In this document: piece by piece, positions 1-12,420 of the stretch
Layout: each line of letters begins with the position of its first letter
How positions within the stretch are numbered: position 1 is the first letter of the stretch
Source: Macrostomum lignano
Taxonomy: Eukaryota
Length of the DNA: 41,836 nt
NCBI GenBank assembly: GCA_002269645.1
Contig: NIVC01002251.1
Location: 1 to 41,836 of the forward strand
Reading direction: 5' to 3'
Program-made: the position numbers and the translations under genes
Notes under the pieces: model-generated
Database searches by the model: none
Told to the model about the DNA's origin: nothing
What the model saw: only the letters and a program-made list of their open reading frames with translations

Positions 1-538
1 AACACGCACAGAGGAAAAGCATGAGAAAAATGACTTCCATTGATATATGTATATAAATATATTGCTACAAAAAACATTGCATTCGTAAAGCACGACTGAC
101 TAGTGGGAGGATCGGGAGATTTTTATTCAGAGCTACATATTAAAATAGTCGCTTCAATGTACTTTTAAAAATTCTAAACAAGAAAATTTATTTAGCAATG
201 CTTCATGCAACGAATTATTTTCTAAGATAATAAAAATGAAATAAACAAAAAGTGCTGAGATTGCCTCAGTGAGGGACTATTGCGGACCAGAGCAAATTAA
301 ATCAAGTTTACTATCGATGAGATTCGAACTGTTCTCTCCTCGCTGACTTGGCTGACTGACTAGAAACAATTGAGACGAGAAAAAATTTAAAAGTCTAACA
401 CGGCACATACTACTGCCACAAGTAGATTATCCGATAAATATGAGTTCGATCATAAAAATGACAGATTCCTTAACTTATTTAGCAAGCCAACTGGTTCAAC
501 GAATTGCTAGAATGTTCCACAGCTCTCTGCGATGCTCA

Positions 539-697
539 TCACTTCTTCATGAGGATCTCGAAGCGGGCCATGGCCTCCCTGTCTACCTTGCTGTACTGGC
601 TGTTGCGCAGGTTGCGCAGCACGCACTCCACCATCACCAGCGTGTTGGGCCGCAGATTGTTGAACTTCAGGGCCACCAGGGGGGCGCGGTAGCCAAT
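539..697 (-). CDS. ATP1B: Na,K-ATPase beta subunit, last exon (spliced CDS 948 nt = 315 aa)
   Basis: CGCAG| acceptor; GYRAPLVALKF...VEC...ARFEI C-terminal signature; TGA at 541-539. Confidence 0.95.
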   Translation of the reverse strand: MGYRAPLVALKFNNLRPNTLVMVECVLRNLRNSQYSKVDREAMARFEILMKK

Positions 698-759
698 CTG
701 CGGGAGATTAAGACGGGGAGAAGGGGTAGACAGGGACGGGAGATAGGGTAGATAAACGG

Positions 760-1265
760 AGATAGAATAGATGCATGTCATCGATGGGATGAATGATAGA
801 ATAGATGCATGTCATCGATGGGATGAATGCACAGAGATGGGATGAATGCACAGAGATGAGATGGATGCACAGAGATGGGATAGATGCATGGGGATGGGAT
901 AGATGCATGGGGATGGGATAGATGCATGGGGATGGGATGGATGCACAGAGATAGGATACATGCATGGAGATGGGATAGATGCACAGAGATGGGATAGATG
1001 CACAGAGATGGGATAGATGCACAGAGATGGGATAGATGCACAGAGATGGGATACATGCATGGAGATGGGATGGATGCACACAGATAGGATACATGCATGG
1101 AGATGGGATAGATGCACAGAGATAGGATAGATGCAGAGATAGGATAGATGCAGAGATAGGATAGATGCAGAGATGGGATTATTGCAGAGACGGGATGGAT
1201 GCAGAGATTGAATAGATGCACACAGATGGGATAGATGCACAGAGATGGGATGGATGCACAGAGAT
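760..1265. repeat. ~20-nt minisatellite in ATP1B intron 3
   Basis: GATGCACAGAGATGGGATA variants. Confidence 0.9.
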
Positions 1266-1312
1266 GGGGTAGATGCGGGTAGACAGAAGGCCAGATCAGG
1301 GGCGGCTCGCAC

Positions 1313-1612
1313 CTGCTTGAGGTAGGGATAGAAGGCCTGGTTGAAGAACCCGTAGGTGGTGACCTCGCCGGTGGCATTGTTCTCCAGCGACACGGACGGC
1401 TGGTAGGCGACATCGCCGATGCTCTCGGTGTCGGCGGGGTTCTCGCCGTGGCACTCAACGAGCGCGTGCGGCGCCCGCTCGTCCACCGGGTCGGGCAACC
1501 AGCCGAAGATCTTGTTGAGCTTGAGCACAACACAGGGCTGGCCAGAGGCATAGCCGAAGTCGTTTGCGGGCAGACAGTCGGGCAGCTCTCGGGTCCAGTT
1601 GAACTTGCAGAC
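1313..1612 (-). CDS. ATP1B: Na,K-ATPase beta subunit, exon 3
   Basis: VCKF...C...FGYASGQPCVVLKLNKIFGWLP...VECHGENPAD...FYPY; CCAG| acceptor and CAG|GTGCG donor; 300 nt, phase 0->0. Confidence 0.95.
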
Positions 1613-1719
1613 CTGGCGGGTTGGAAGGGCTGAATGTACTTTATAATATCCCAAACACGATCAAAATACTATTTTGACAAAAGAGCAAACGTCAAAACAA
1701 ACATTTAATCTATTTAAAC

Positions 1720-1758
1720 TGCCGACGCGTTTCGTCCAAAGCGGACATCTTCAGGGCA
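1720..1758 (-). ncRNA. Minimal type-I hammerhead ribozyme (Penelope type), intact
   Basis: UGCC-CUGAAGA-U-GUCC gcuuu GGAC-GAAAC-GC-GUC-GGCA: stems I and II pair, palindromic stem III, GUC site. Confidence 0.88.
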
Positions 1759-4700
1759 AACGAACCATCGAAAACACAAACGAGAATGTATTTAAATTAA
1801 ATCGAAAAATATTGAGCGAACAAAAAACAGAAAGAACGAAAAAAGATGTACATGCTGTAAACTTTTAACTAACAAACCAATCAGTTAAGGCTGAACGTTT
1901 AAGCTAGGATTGTACTTCCTAATGTACGGGTCGTTCTCAAATTCTGGGAGGAGCGAAAATTTTAACAATTTTCGGAACATTTACTATTGTTACTGCCGTA
2001 TTGAAAATAATAGGACACTTTCATCTGTGAATAAAGATAATTTTTGGGTTGAAATTTATGTTGCAAAAGTGTTTTAAGTTGTCTTGCGGTATTAGGCGAT
2101 ATTAGGTGATGAAAAAATTCAAATTCAATCACTTCACCGATGTCCTAATTTTTGACACTATGATGTCTGTAGCTAAAAAAAGTTGTTGTTGAGTTGAAAA
2201 CTTGCTATATTACATTTAAAATGAAAGCTTATATAAATTTAATTTAAGATTTTTTTTAAAGCTTAATAAACTGCACTATAAATGATTTTATAGACGCTTA
2301 ACTGTACGCCTAGCATTTCCGGTGGGATAGCCTCTTTGCGTCTCACAAAATGTATTTTTCAGCTGACGTCTAGAATGTGCGCTTAAAATGATACATTTTG
2401 ATGCAGATAATTAGAAAAACATGTCTTATTATCTTTTTGTAAAAAATTGTTATGAAATAGAGCACTATTGTTGATAAAAATAATTAAAAGCAACCATGCA
2501 TCGCAATAAACTCCTACTTTGAAGCACAAAATACATATCCTGTAACCACACTAGCATTCTCCATGGAGCACCTTTTGAGCTGAAATTTTACACAGATATC
2601 CAGTAAAGTAAACTGAGCAAATGATTTTTTTTGTTTTTGAAAATACTTCAATTTGGCTATGTATCAGTTAGTTCATTGGACATATTTATTATATTTTTAT
2701 TAGAATCCTTGTAACCAAGCTACAGAGAAACATGTGCAAAACTGGACCTTGAAATTTGACCTGAATGATCAGCAAATGTGTATCTCGAAATGATTTTTTT
2801 TTGTTTTCATCAAGTCATTCTATGCTAATTTTTTCTGAAGGGAAAGATACCATATATTTAGAGTCAATAGGGGAAGCATTTAGACTTATTCAATAGTCAT
2901 TAAAATTGCAACTATATTATTATAATATAGTAATAATATTATACATGTATTATATAGTAATATTAACTTCTAAGATGCCCTTATAAATTTAAGTAAAGAC
3001 AACAGGCCTTAATTAATTAATCAGCATTTTGAAGAAACTGACCTTATACAGATGGGCCCCAAGCTAAGAAATGAATGTAGAGCTTATTTCGTGTAAGGTA
3101 TAAAAATCAATTTATTATAATATTAAATACTCCTAATAAATTGGTTAAATTAGTTATTTACCTTGAATTAATTTAATTTAATAATTAAATATATAAATTT
3201 GTTTCACTTCTTACTGCATTTAAATAGAGTACCTCTCTACTATACTATAGAAGTATAGTAAAAGTATGGTAAAAAAGTATAGTAAAAAATTTTCTTTGGT
3301 TTAATCCCAGCTTGCCTCAGTTTTTTAGTCTTAATACGAGCTAGATAGTAAGTGTTGATTAATTTGCTCCATCACCTTTTGCCACGGAAACAGCACATGT
3401 CGGACATGCAACACTCTTCCTGATCCCTGGATTCAAGATGACTGCTTCTGCTTCTTCAATGCTTGAAAACTGAGCTCATGGAGCTTTAGGTTATGCTGTC
3501 AGAGTGCTGCTGCCGGTGCTGTGTGTGTATGTGTGTGTCTTCTGTGGGTAGGTTCCCTGTCCCTCAGTTTAGCCACTGTAGTGGGCTAACTGGAGGAATT
3601 GCCGTTGTCGGTGCTGCAGGTGGCACTGCATGGTAGTATTGACGCTGTCAGTGACGCTGGCAAAGGCTTGGACGAAGCTAGGTGCCGTCATTGTCAGGAG
3701 GACATGCGTGTGCTGCTTAGACCAGTGCGCACATTCGACTGGACTCGTATCTGGTGCAGTCTGGTGTATTCACTGAGATTGTGTGGATCTGCCTCCTCGC
3801 ATCACCTCAACCAGGCTCAATTTCTTTTGTAGAATTTTCGTGCGCTGCTTAACTGCATCTTGTGCCTGCTGAGTGATGCCAAGAATTGTGCCACACAATA
3901 ATTTGGCCCATAAACTACTCGTATATTATACATATGTATGCACAGCACACACACACGCAGTTCATTCACATTAAACGTACTAGTTAATGGAATTCTCATC
4001 TCATGAGCTCTAGTCTATGGACAAACCTGAAATTACTAGAATATCTAGACAGATCTAAACTTCTTTGAGCAGCGCGCTGCGCTGCGAGCAAATACATGTA
4101 GATTCCTTAGCGCAACTAATTAATAGTGTAGTACAGTCTACAGCCTGAAGTAGCCTGTGTAAGATGCGGAGGGATGATTTTTGCATAGGAAGCCACTACG
4201 GTAAGGTTGATGGAACTATGGGGAGGTGAGAGATTCAAAGCGAGGGACGGAAGCCATGCATAGTTCGATCATAAGTTTGATTATTGCATGAGTCTGGGGA
4301 TGCATTAACGAGAGGCAGACGAGAGCATAGAAATAAAGCGGGCTAAATATATTAATACACAAAATTACATGTACTAGCTAGTAATTTCAGAATGGTCAGC
4401 GACTCCTCCGATTTGTATCCGCGACCGCGTGCCCACAAATCCCCCGGCAGACCCTGTCGCAGTTGGTGGTTGTGCACAGAATACAATGTTAATTTTCGAG
4501 CTTCTCTGCAAAAAATGCGTGATGCACTCAAGATGCGTGCTATAGTCTACTTCTTTGATTGATGGCTGGGTTTTGCCTTTTCGCTTGTGATCATCAAAAG
4601 CTTGGGCGTCATTGCTACTGGTGTTTCAGTGTGCGCATTATGTCTGGTTATCATATTATGTGCATGTGCAGTGTCTTTTACCTACATTTTTGTTTGTCTC

Positions 4701-5559
4701 TGTTTCCTGCATGCTCTTTCGCATTTTTACACCTCGCACATCCTCATTTTTCTCAATTAACAAGTGAAATCTTTTCTTAAAGACTAATTGCTATTTTAGT
4801 TAAGCTAGTAGGTTTTTGGTAATTAAATAATTCAATTTTGTCTATTTTCCAAAAAGTTTCAAAAAATGAATTAATTAAAATAAATTTGAATTATTTTAAG
4901 TTAATTGGAGTAAAATGTCTAATAAGTAACTATGATTTTTTATTTTAAGTACATGTAGCTTTGGTATAAGTATTAATGTAATGAGTACTTAAAGTAAAAT
5001 CAAGCAAGTTGTAGTTTTCAGAAATTATGCTACAAATAATCAAATATATACTAGTATCTGAATTCCTTTATTAAGGAACATGCAGTCGATATTAAATCCA
5101 CAATGTGCTTTTTGGTGTTCAAGGATAGTTCCCTGACTTTTTCTATTATTAGTTAGATTTTATTATATTTAATGTAAAAATGAACAATTCTATTCAAGGT
5201 AAAAATGAACATTCTTCATTTGTCGAATCATCTTGCCTTTGAAAAGATACATAGTGAAAACTTGATTTTTAATTCAACCTTTCAAGACTTATTTAGACTT
5301 CTCAATTCAGTGATTAGTTAAACTGATCGAAGTTCTTTCGACTGCATGCTATAATAATTTCGCACTTTTTCGCACACGATAATTTTAAATGTCTGGGATT
5401 TAGAGCAGAGTAACAAAATGCTGTGCTCAAAAACATTTCCTTTGTCAATTTCTTGTTCTTTTATTTTTGCAAAAGAAATTTAACTGCATATTTAAAATAA
5501 AAATGAAAGAAAATTTTATTTTCTCTTTAATATTTTTGTCGTTTATTTTCCGCAACAAA

Positions 5560-5820
5560 GAATAACAAATAGCCTTGATTTCTTCTCAATTTCAAGTTTT
5601 CTTGTGGTTTTAGTAGCAGCTTCTTACAGAAATTGTCAAAAGAATTTTTTTTGTACGATTATTGGTCGATGTATAAACTTTTTTTGCAATAACAAAAAGT
5701 TGTGACCTAGCTTTGAGAACGACCCGTACGTAGCCTCCAACAATTTTAGTTTTCTATCATTGTTACATCCATCCATCACCTTGAACATCAATACTATTTT
5801 GACCATCAACATCTTATTTG
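5560..5820 (-). mobile_element. Possible CR1/L2-like LINE 3' remnant
   Basis: LMFKVMDG...LGHNFLLLQKKF...KKFF resembles the TRGHxxKL...RKxFFS tail; weak. Confidence 0.3.
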
Positions 5821-5821
5821 A

Positions 5822-6500
5822 AGGAGCATTTGATCCCATTTCGAGCATCAAGATTCCATTTAGAGCATCAAGATCCCATTTAGAGCATCAAGATCCCATT
5901 TAGAGCATCAAGATCCCATTTAGAACATCAAGATCCCATTTTGAGCATCAAGATTCCATTTAGAGCATTAAGATTCCATTTCGAGCATCAAGATTCCATT
6001 TCGAGCATCAAGATTCCATTTCGAGCATCAAGATTCCATTTAGAGCATCAAGATCCCATTTAGAGCATCAAGATCCCATTTAGAGCATCAAGATCCCATT
6101 TAGAACATCAAGATCCCATTTTGAGCATCAAGATTCCATTTAGAGCATCAAGATCCCATTTTGAGCATCAAGATTCCATTTAGAGCATTAAGATCCCATT
6201 TTGAGCATTAAGATACCATTTTGAGCATCAAGATCCCATCTTGAGCATTAAGATTCCATTTTGAGCATTAAGATCCCATTTTGAGCATTAAGATACCATT
6301 TCGAGCATCAAGATCCCATTTCGAGCATCAAGATCCCATTTAGAGCATCAAGATCCCATTTAGAGCATCAAGATCCCATTTAGAGCATCAAGATCCCATT
6401 TAGAACATCAAGATCCCATTTTGAGCATCAAGATCCCATTTTGAGCATTAAGATCCCATTTGAGCATTAAGATACCATTTTGAGCATCAAGATCCCATTT
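5822..6500. repeat. 20-nt minisatellite (~34 copies) in ATP1B intron 2
   Basis: TAGAGCATCAAGATCCCATT. Confidence 0.95.
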
Positions 6501-6562
6501 TACACATGGGGCACCCAATGCAGATAGCAAAGATTCCCCGGATTTAGGCGAGCCAGCCTCAC

Positions 6563-6792
6563 CTTGAATGGCTGGCCGTCCGGTTTGCTGTCGGGCTGGC
6601 AGCCGGCGCGGACATGCACCTGCTCGGGCTTGAGCTCGATCCGCTTGTAGGTGTCGAACAGCTCCTGAATGTTGGCCACCAGGCGGGCGTAGGAGCCCGG
6701 CTTGCCGGCGGTGAACTCGATCAGGGTGCTGCTCATGTCCGGCTGCGGCCGGAAGCCCAGGCCGGGGTTCATCTGCAGCAGCGAATTGTCGC
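6563..6792 (-). CDS. ATP1B: Na,K-ATPase beta subunit, exon 2
   Basis: Acceptor TCAG| at 6793; NPGLGFRP motif; donor AAG|GTGAGG at 6562; phases 1->0 consistent. Confidence 0.93.
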
Positions 6793-6904
6793 CTGACAGT
6801 GGGGGGCGGGGTGGGGGTGGGGTGAGATTACAGACTGGATAGTGAGTGGCCAGGGTCCCAGATTCACGGCTAGAGTTCGGATTCTGTGATATGGAAAAGT
6901 GCAG

Positions 6905-7556
6905 TGGCAGTGGCCCAGCAACTGAGGATCTGGAAGGCTGAGAATCTGGAAGGCTGGCCCAGCAACTGACACTCTGGGAGGCTGGCCCAGCAACTGAGTA
7001 TCTGGGAGGCTGGCGCAGCAACTGACACTGTGGGGGACTGGCCCAGCAACTGAGGATCTGGGAGGCTGGCCCAGCAACTGAGTATCTGGGAGGCTGGCGC
7101 AGCAACTGACACTGTGGGAGGCTGGCCCAGCAACTGAGGAGCTGGGAGGCTGGCCCAGCAACTGAGGATCTGGGAGGCTGGCCCAGCAACTGAGTATCTG
7201 GGAGGCTGGCGCAGCAACTGACACTGTGGGAGGCTGGCCCAGCAACTGAGGAGCTGGGAGGCTGGCCCAGCAACTGAGGAGCTGGGAGGCTGGCCCAGCA
7301 ACTGAGGAGCTGGGAGGCTGGCCCAGCAACTGAGGAGCTGGGAGGCTGGCCCAGCAACTGAGGAGCTGGGAGGCTTGCCCAGCAACTGAGGAGCTGGGAG
7401 GCTGGCCCAGCAACTGAGGAGCTGGGAGGCTGGCCAAGCAACTGAGGAGCTGGGAGGCTGGCCCAGCAACTGAAGAGCTGGGAGGCTGGCCCAGCAACTG
7501 AGGAGCTGGGAGGCTGGCCCAGCAACTGAGGAGCTGGGAGGCTGGCCCAGCAACTG
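6905..7556. repeat. 28-nt minisatellite (~23 copies) in ATP1B intron 1
   Basis: CAGCAACTGAGGAGCTGGGAGGCTGGCC. Confidence 0.95.
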
Positions 7557-7590
7557 TGTACCCCCTTAGTATGAGCAGCAGGAGATTTAC

Positions 7591-7849
7591 CAGTGCGGTG
7601 AGGCTGGTTGTCCACCAGCACGCCGTACATGAAGACGGACAGCATGCCCACAAAGAAGCCGGCCAAGCAGCTGTAGAAGATGGCGTAGAAGATGAGGATC
7701 TTCAGCCAGGACATGCCGCTGCGGCCCATGACCTTGCCTGTCTGCTTGTTGTACAAAAAGTGGAGGAAAGCGGCGCACCGAGACACCTTGGAGGGCTCCT
7801 CGAACTCGGGCTCGGGCACGAAGGCCTCGTGCTGGTTGTCCTCCGCCAT
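7591..7849 (-). CDS. ATP1B: Na,K-ATPase beta subunit, coding exon 1 (cytoplasmic N-terminus and TM helix)
   Basis: MAEDNQ...FLYNKQTGKVMGRSGMSWLKILIFYAIFYSCLAGFF is the family N-terminal/TM signature; donor G|GTAAAT at 7590, phase 1. Confidence 0.95.
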
Positions 7850-7960
7850 GGCGATTCTAATAGGGGCTGCTGTGGCTGTGTGGCACCTTGCGGAATTTGC
7901 TCAGTAGCGGCTTGAGCCGGGGAGTTCGATGCGCTGAAAATGGGAAAATTAATACTGATG
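7850..7960 (-). promoter_or_regulatory. 5' UTR preceded by a strong 3' splice acceptor (cis- or SL trans-splice site)
   Basis: TTTTCCCATTTTCAG| ends at 7934, 84 nt upstream of the ATG. Confidence 0.6.
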
Positions 7961-8022
7961 GGATTAATCTGAATGGATGGATTGGCATTTTAGGAGGCGG
8001 AATATTTGAGTAATTCAACGGC

Positions 8023-8640
8023 GCTACTGGGGGCCACAACTCCCCCATGCAATGCTACTGGGGGCCACAACCCCCATGCAATGCTACTGGGGGCCACAAC
8101 CCCCCTCCATGCAATGCTACTGGGGGCCACAACTCCCCCATGCAATGCTACTGGGGGCCACAACCCCCCATGCAATGCTACTGGGGGCCACAACCCCCCA
8201 TGCAATGCTACTGGGGGCCACAACCCCCCATGCAATGCTACTGGGGGCCACAACCCCCCATGCAATGCTACTGGGGGCCACAACCCCCCCATGCAATGCT
8301 ACTCGGGGCCACAACCCCCCTCCATGCAATGCTACTGGGGGCCACAACCCCCATGCAATGCTACTGGGGGCCACAACCCCCCATGCAATGCTACTGGGGG
8401 CCACAACCCCCCCATGCAATGCTACTGGGGGCCACAACCCCCCTCCATGCAATGCTACTGGGGGCCACAACCCCCCTCCATGCAATGCTACTGGGGGCCA
8501 CAACCCCCATGCAATGCTACTGGGGGCCACAACCCCCCATGCAATGCTACTGGGGGCCACAACTCCCCATGCAATGCTATTGGGGGCCACAACTCCCCCC
8601 ATGCAATGCTACTGGGGGCCACAACTCCCCTATGCAACGC
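8023..8640. repeat. 30-32-nt minisatellite (~20 copies) upstream of ATP1B
   Basis: TGCAATGCTACTGGGGGCCACAACCCCC(C)nA. Confidence 0.95.
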
Positions 8641-10022
8641 TAGCTTGATAGCTAAGTGTTAAGCTACTATACAAGTGTGAAATTTTTGTTTGACAAATAG
8701 TAAAATGATAACTTTAAGTCTATAATAAGCTGGACTCCAAGCCCGGCTACACTTACTTTAAATCTGTTAACGGCGATTCCGACTGACTGAAGCAGAGAAA
8801 GACAGGCAAACAGGCAGGCTTAGCAGAAAACAGGAGATAACGGTGGGAGAACCGGCAGAGCAGGGCTGGCAGGGACTAAAAAGCCTTGCGCTAGAGGTGG
8901 GAGAACTGGATAGGGGACGGAATTTTCCCGGCGGACAGCAGAGGGGAAAATATGGGGACTTCATAAAGCTCCGAGGATCTTTCCCTGACCCAGCCAATCA
9001 AATCAATCCACAAGGCTCACGCGAGAGAAGCGTGGAAGGGAGAGAAAGAATAGAGAGAGAATTGCATGTACAGTCAGCTTGCGCACAGGGTCAGGAGGCA
9101 AAGACAGACTGGAGGACTGGCTTTTTACCCAGCCAGTTCTAGGCTTCACAATCTCCCGAATTCATTTGGCCCTTTCATCCCCCCACAGCTGTGATGCATA
9201 TTTTGCACTTTGGATGAGATGGAAAAGGGCCGGTCCATGGAGCTCTGGATTCTGATATCTGGATTGGAAGCAGTCTTGTAAACTTCAAATTGTAGGTTTA
9301 GAAATCGGGAATGAATATTGTAGATTATTGCATGGCTGTAGAATGAGATAACTGAGTTTGGATGCCCCCATACAATGAGGATGAGCTTGACAAAAGCTTC
9401 TACTTCTTTTGAAAAAAGCAGGCTCAATATTTTTCAAGTCAGACCGGTGCCACCTGCAGGTTTAAGGAATTTTATTTAATGAAAACTTTGTCAAAAACGG
9501 CCAGAGGAAGAATCCAGCTCATGGCTGCGAAACAGGAGGCAGGAAAGGAGAGGGAATAGAAGGGTAGAGGAGATAAGAGAAGAAAGGGGAAGAGGGGAGA
9601 GAGGGGAGAAGAGAGAAGAAAGAGGGGAGAGCGGAGAGGAGAGGAAAGAGCTGAGAAGACACAAACCCTAAACCCAAAGGCGTGGGTCAGATAGAGGCTT
9701 TGCGAGCGGGTCAGATAGAGGCTTTGCGAGCCGGAGCTTGCTGACCCCTATGACTTAGAATGACAGGGGCAACAAAGACAAGCAGATGAGGTAAATGTGG
9801 TACTCGTAGGTGCAAACGCAGACTGCCGAAAAATCGACGAACATTTTTAAGCGCTAAATTGCGGAGGATTGCTGGGGAGTTTCGGCGTATTTTTGGGGCA
9901 GGCAGAACTGCAATTCTTCTTTGACTGGCAGGCACGCAGCTTTGCCAGATGTGAGAGACGGCCCAGCCTGTAGACCTACACTCACACTAGTCTAAAAAGT
10001 ACAAATGGCCGCACATCTAAAG

Positions 10023-10341
10023 CAGGGGTTAGCAAAATCTGGCCTAGCTATATAGCCTCTCTATCTGGCCTTTGGTCCTTTGAAACTTCACAATAGCAAT
10101 CTGGCCTGCTCAAGGTTTGTGTCTGTTCTTTATTCTCCTCTCTAATCCCCTCCTTTCTCTTATCTCCCTTACTCTCCTCTCTCCCCTATTCTTTCTTGTC
10201 TGTTCTCTCATAGCATCTATCGCTTCTCCTCTTTTCTTTCATCTCTCATCTATTCTCTCGCTTTCTACTCTCATCTGGCCTGTAGCCATAAGCTAAATTC
10301 CTTATCTGGCCTTTAAGGTAGCCAGAAGTTTGCCAACCCTG
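10023..10341. mobile_element. hAT-type MITE
   Basis: Imperfect TIR CAGGGGTTAGCAAA / TTTGCCAACCCTG; 8-bp TSD ATCTAAAG/ATCTAAGG (7 of 8). Confidence 0.75.
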
Positions 10342-10472
10342 ATCTAAGGCAAACAGACCATAGACAGATGCAACGTAATACCCTTCACATCCTACTGCTA
10401 AATCTGCTGCTATAAATCTGGAACACATTTTATAAATTGTTCAAAAAGTAGAGAGTATTTTGTAACTTCTGA

Positions 10473-11415
10473 TACTTCGGGTGTGTCATAAGCCATGTCA
10501 CTGCAAGTAGAGAAAGAGAGCAGTGCAATGCAGTGACTGCATGCTTCGTATACCTAGTGAAGCAATACCAATGCATTTGAGATGTGCATAGGATGTTTAT
10601 TGTTTATAGCCCAACCTATTGCAAGATTTCGTTAAACAAGTGCAATGCGATGAAAAATCGTCTATGCAGCAAACAAAAATCACCTGCGCCAAATTACTTA
10701 TTACCATATTACTTATGGTACAAGACACCTGCGCCAAACAGATACGCAGGGTGTTCAGCAGCCAAGGCTTGGATGACGTCCTAAACTGCCTGGTTGCTGA
10801 AGATGAAACCTGGCTCCGCCTGGATGGCAAGGGCAGCAAGGCAGACAATCGCTGCTGGCTGAGAGCTGAGGACTCCAGGGCGACTGCGACCTGCTGCTGG
10901 TGGCCTTCACGCCAAACAAATGAGTCTCCATCTGTACAAGTATGCCAAACACCAAGGTTGATGGTCAGTGTTTTATCGACTTTTTTCTGGCATACTGAGA
11001 CCTCTGGCACACTCTCCAGTCAAATCCAATTCACATGGGCGAGGTTTTGTGGCAGATGGACAACATGCAGCCGCACACCCATAAGGCTGTTTTGGATTTT
11101 CTGGCTGGACAGTGAGTGAATCTTCTCTGGCAGAGTCCCTACAGCCCAGACTTCAACTTGTGCAACAGGTTTCTATTCAAATAGCTGAAGCTGGTCTTTA
11201 AATAACTTAGAAATTTTGCAAACCATGAAGAGATCAAATAGCCACATTGCACTATTTCTAGTAGCTAGAAGAACAGCTACAGGTTGAGGTAGAGAAGCTA
11301 TACAAGCACTGCCAAGGGCTGATTGATATTGAAAGACTGTTGTTGATATAGTTTTATTCATCTGTGATTGCAAGTTTGTTAGTTTCTATATCAGTGACAC
11401 TACTTATGATACAAA
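10473..11415 (+). mobile_element. Decayed mariner/Tc1 element
   Basis: CLVAEDETW and SPYSPDFNLCN (YSPDLxxxD) remnants; degenerate TIRs sharing TCATAAG-nnn-TGTCACTG. Confidence 0.8.
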
Positions 11416-11878
11416 TATGATATTAACAATAAAAAAAGAATTAATATTTTCTTAAACAATTCAAGCCTTACTTCAAGTTGCATATAAAAGAACTTTCACC
11501 TGTCACAAAACCATGTAAAAGAATGTAATAATTTTCTTATTGTTTCAAAGACACAAATAAAAAATACCCCTTGTTTTAAAGTCATATAGAATAATTGCCA
11601 CTCTATATATTTTGAATAACATAAAATATATTAAAGAATTATATTATCTATAGATGGAAAGCTCACCTTGTTTAAAGCTATTAATATGATTTGAAATATT
11701 ATTTTACTTAGGTGGCAAGTGCAAGCCAGAATAAAATTTTGGTAATAACTGATTGCATGCCAATATATATCAAAAACTAAAATTGCTAACCAGATTTATT
11801 TCTAAAAAGGTTATTTAGATAAAAGATAATAAATAGAGAAATGAAGGCCAATACCAACATATAAGAAATTATTATAAT

Positions 11879-11917
11879 AGCCAACGCGTTTCGACACAAG
11901 CGGTCATCTTCAGGGCT
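11879..11917 (-). ncRNA. Minimal hammerhead ribozyme, intact core, GUU site
   Basis: AGCC-CUGAAGA-U-GAC cgcuugu GUC-GAAAC-GC-GUU-GGCU. Confidence 0.8.
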
Positions 11918-12134
11918 TGCACTCATGATTCACACAGTTCAGTATACTTAAATAGAGAAAATCAAAAACTGTACATGGCAATAGACAAATGGGTTCAGTC
12001 TGGTTGATAATTGTAGATTAAGAGACGAAACTATAATAAATTATTTGGCCATCATACAGAAAACGCAACCACAGAGCAAACAAAATTGGGGGGAGAGAGA
12101 GCCTCAATTGAACTGTGTGTGAATCATGAGTGCA

Positions 12135-12173
12135 AGCCCTGAAGATGACCACTTGTGTCAAAATGCGTTGGCT
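12135..12173 (+). ncRNA. Inactivated hammerhead copy (inverted partner of 11879-11917)
   Basis: GAAAC changed to AAAAT; 3 differences from the partner copy. Confidence 0.7.
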
Positions 12174-12420
12174 ATTATAATAATTTCTTATATTTTGGTG
12201 TTAACCTTCATTTCTCTATTATTTATTAAAAGAGCATCGCTACCAGATAATAAATACCCAAGTAGTACTAAATAGATAATGAGGCATTTTGCCTTAATAA
12301 GATAGTCATACTTTATTCTTGCCATTTACCCAAAGTTGCACTAATTTTGCTTTAGTGTTTATCATAAAGTTGCACGTCTGAGAAAAAGTAGAATTAAGAA
12401 GGTGAGCGCTATCATTTTTT

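Noticed and set aside
708-1551. Long Cys/Ile/Pro-rich ORFs overlapping ATP1B exon 3
   Set aside because: Read-through into the intron-3 minisatellite.
4027-4390. 13-bp inverted repeat CTGAAATTACTAG/CTAGTAATTTCAG
   Set aside because: Possibly a MITE, but there is no TSD or other support.
8006-8662. Several 160-220-aa repetitive ORFs
   Set aside because: Minisatellite translations in multiple frames with frame-hopping from variable C-runs.
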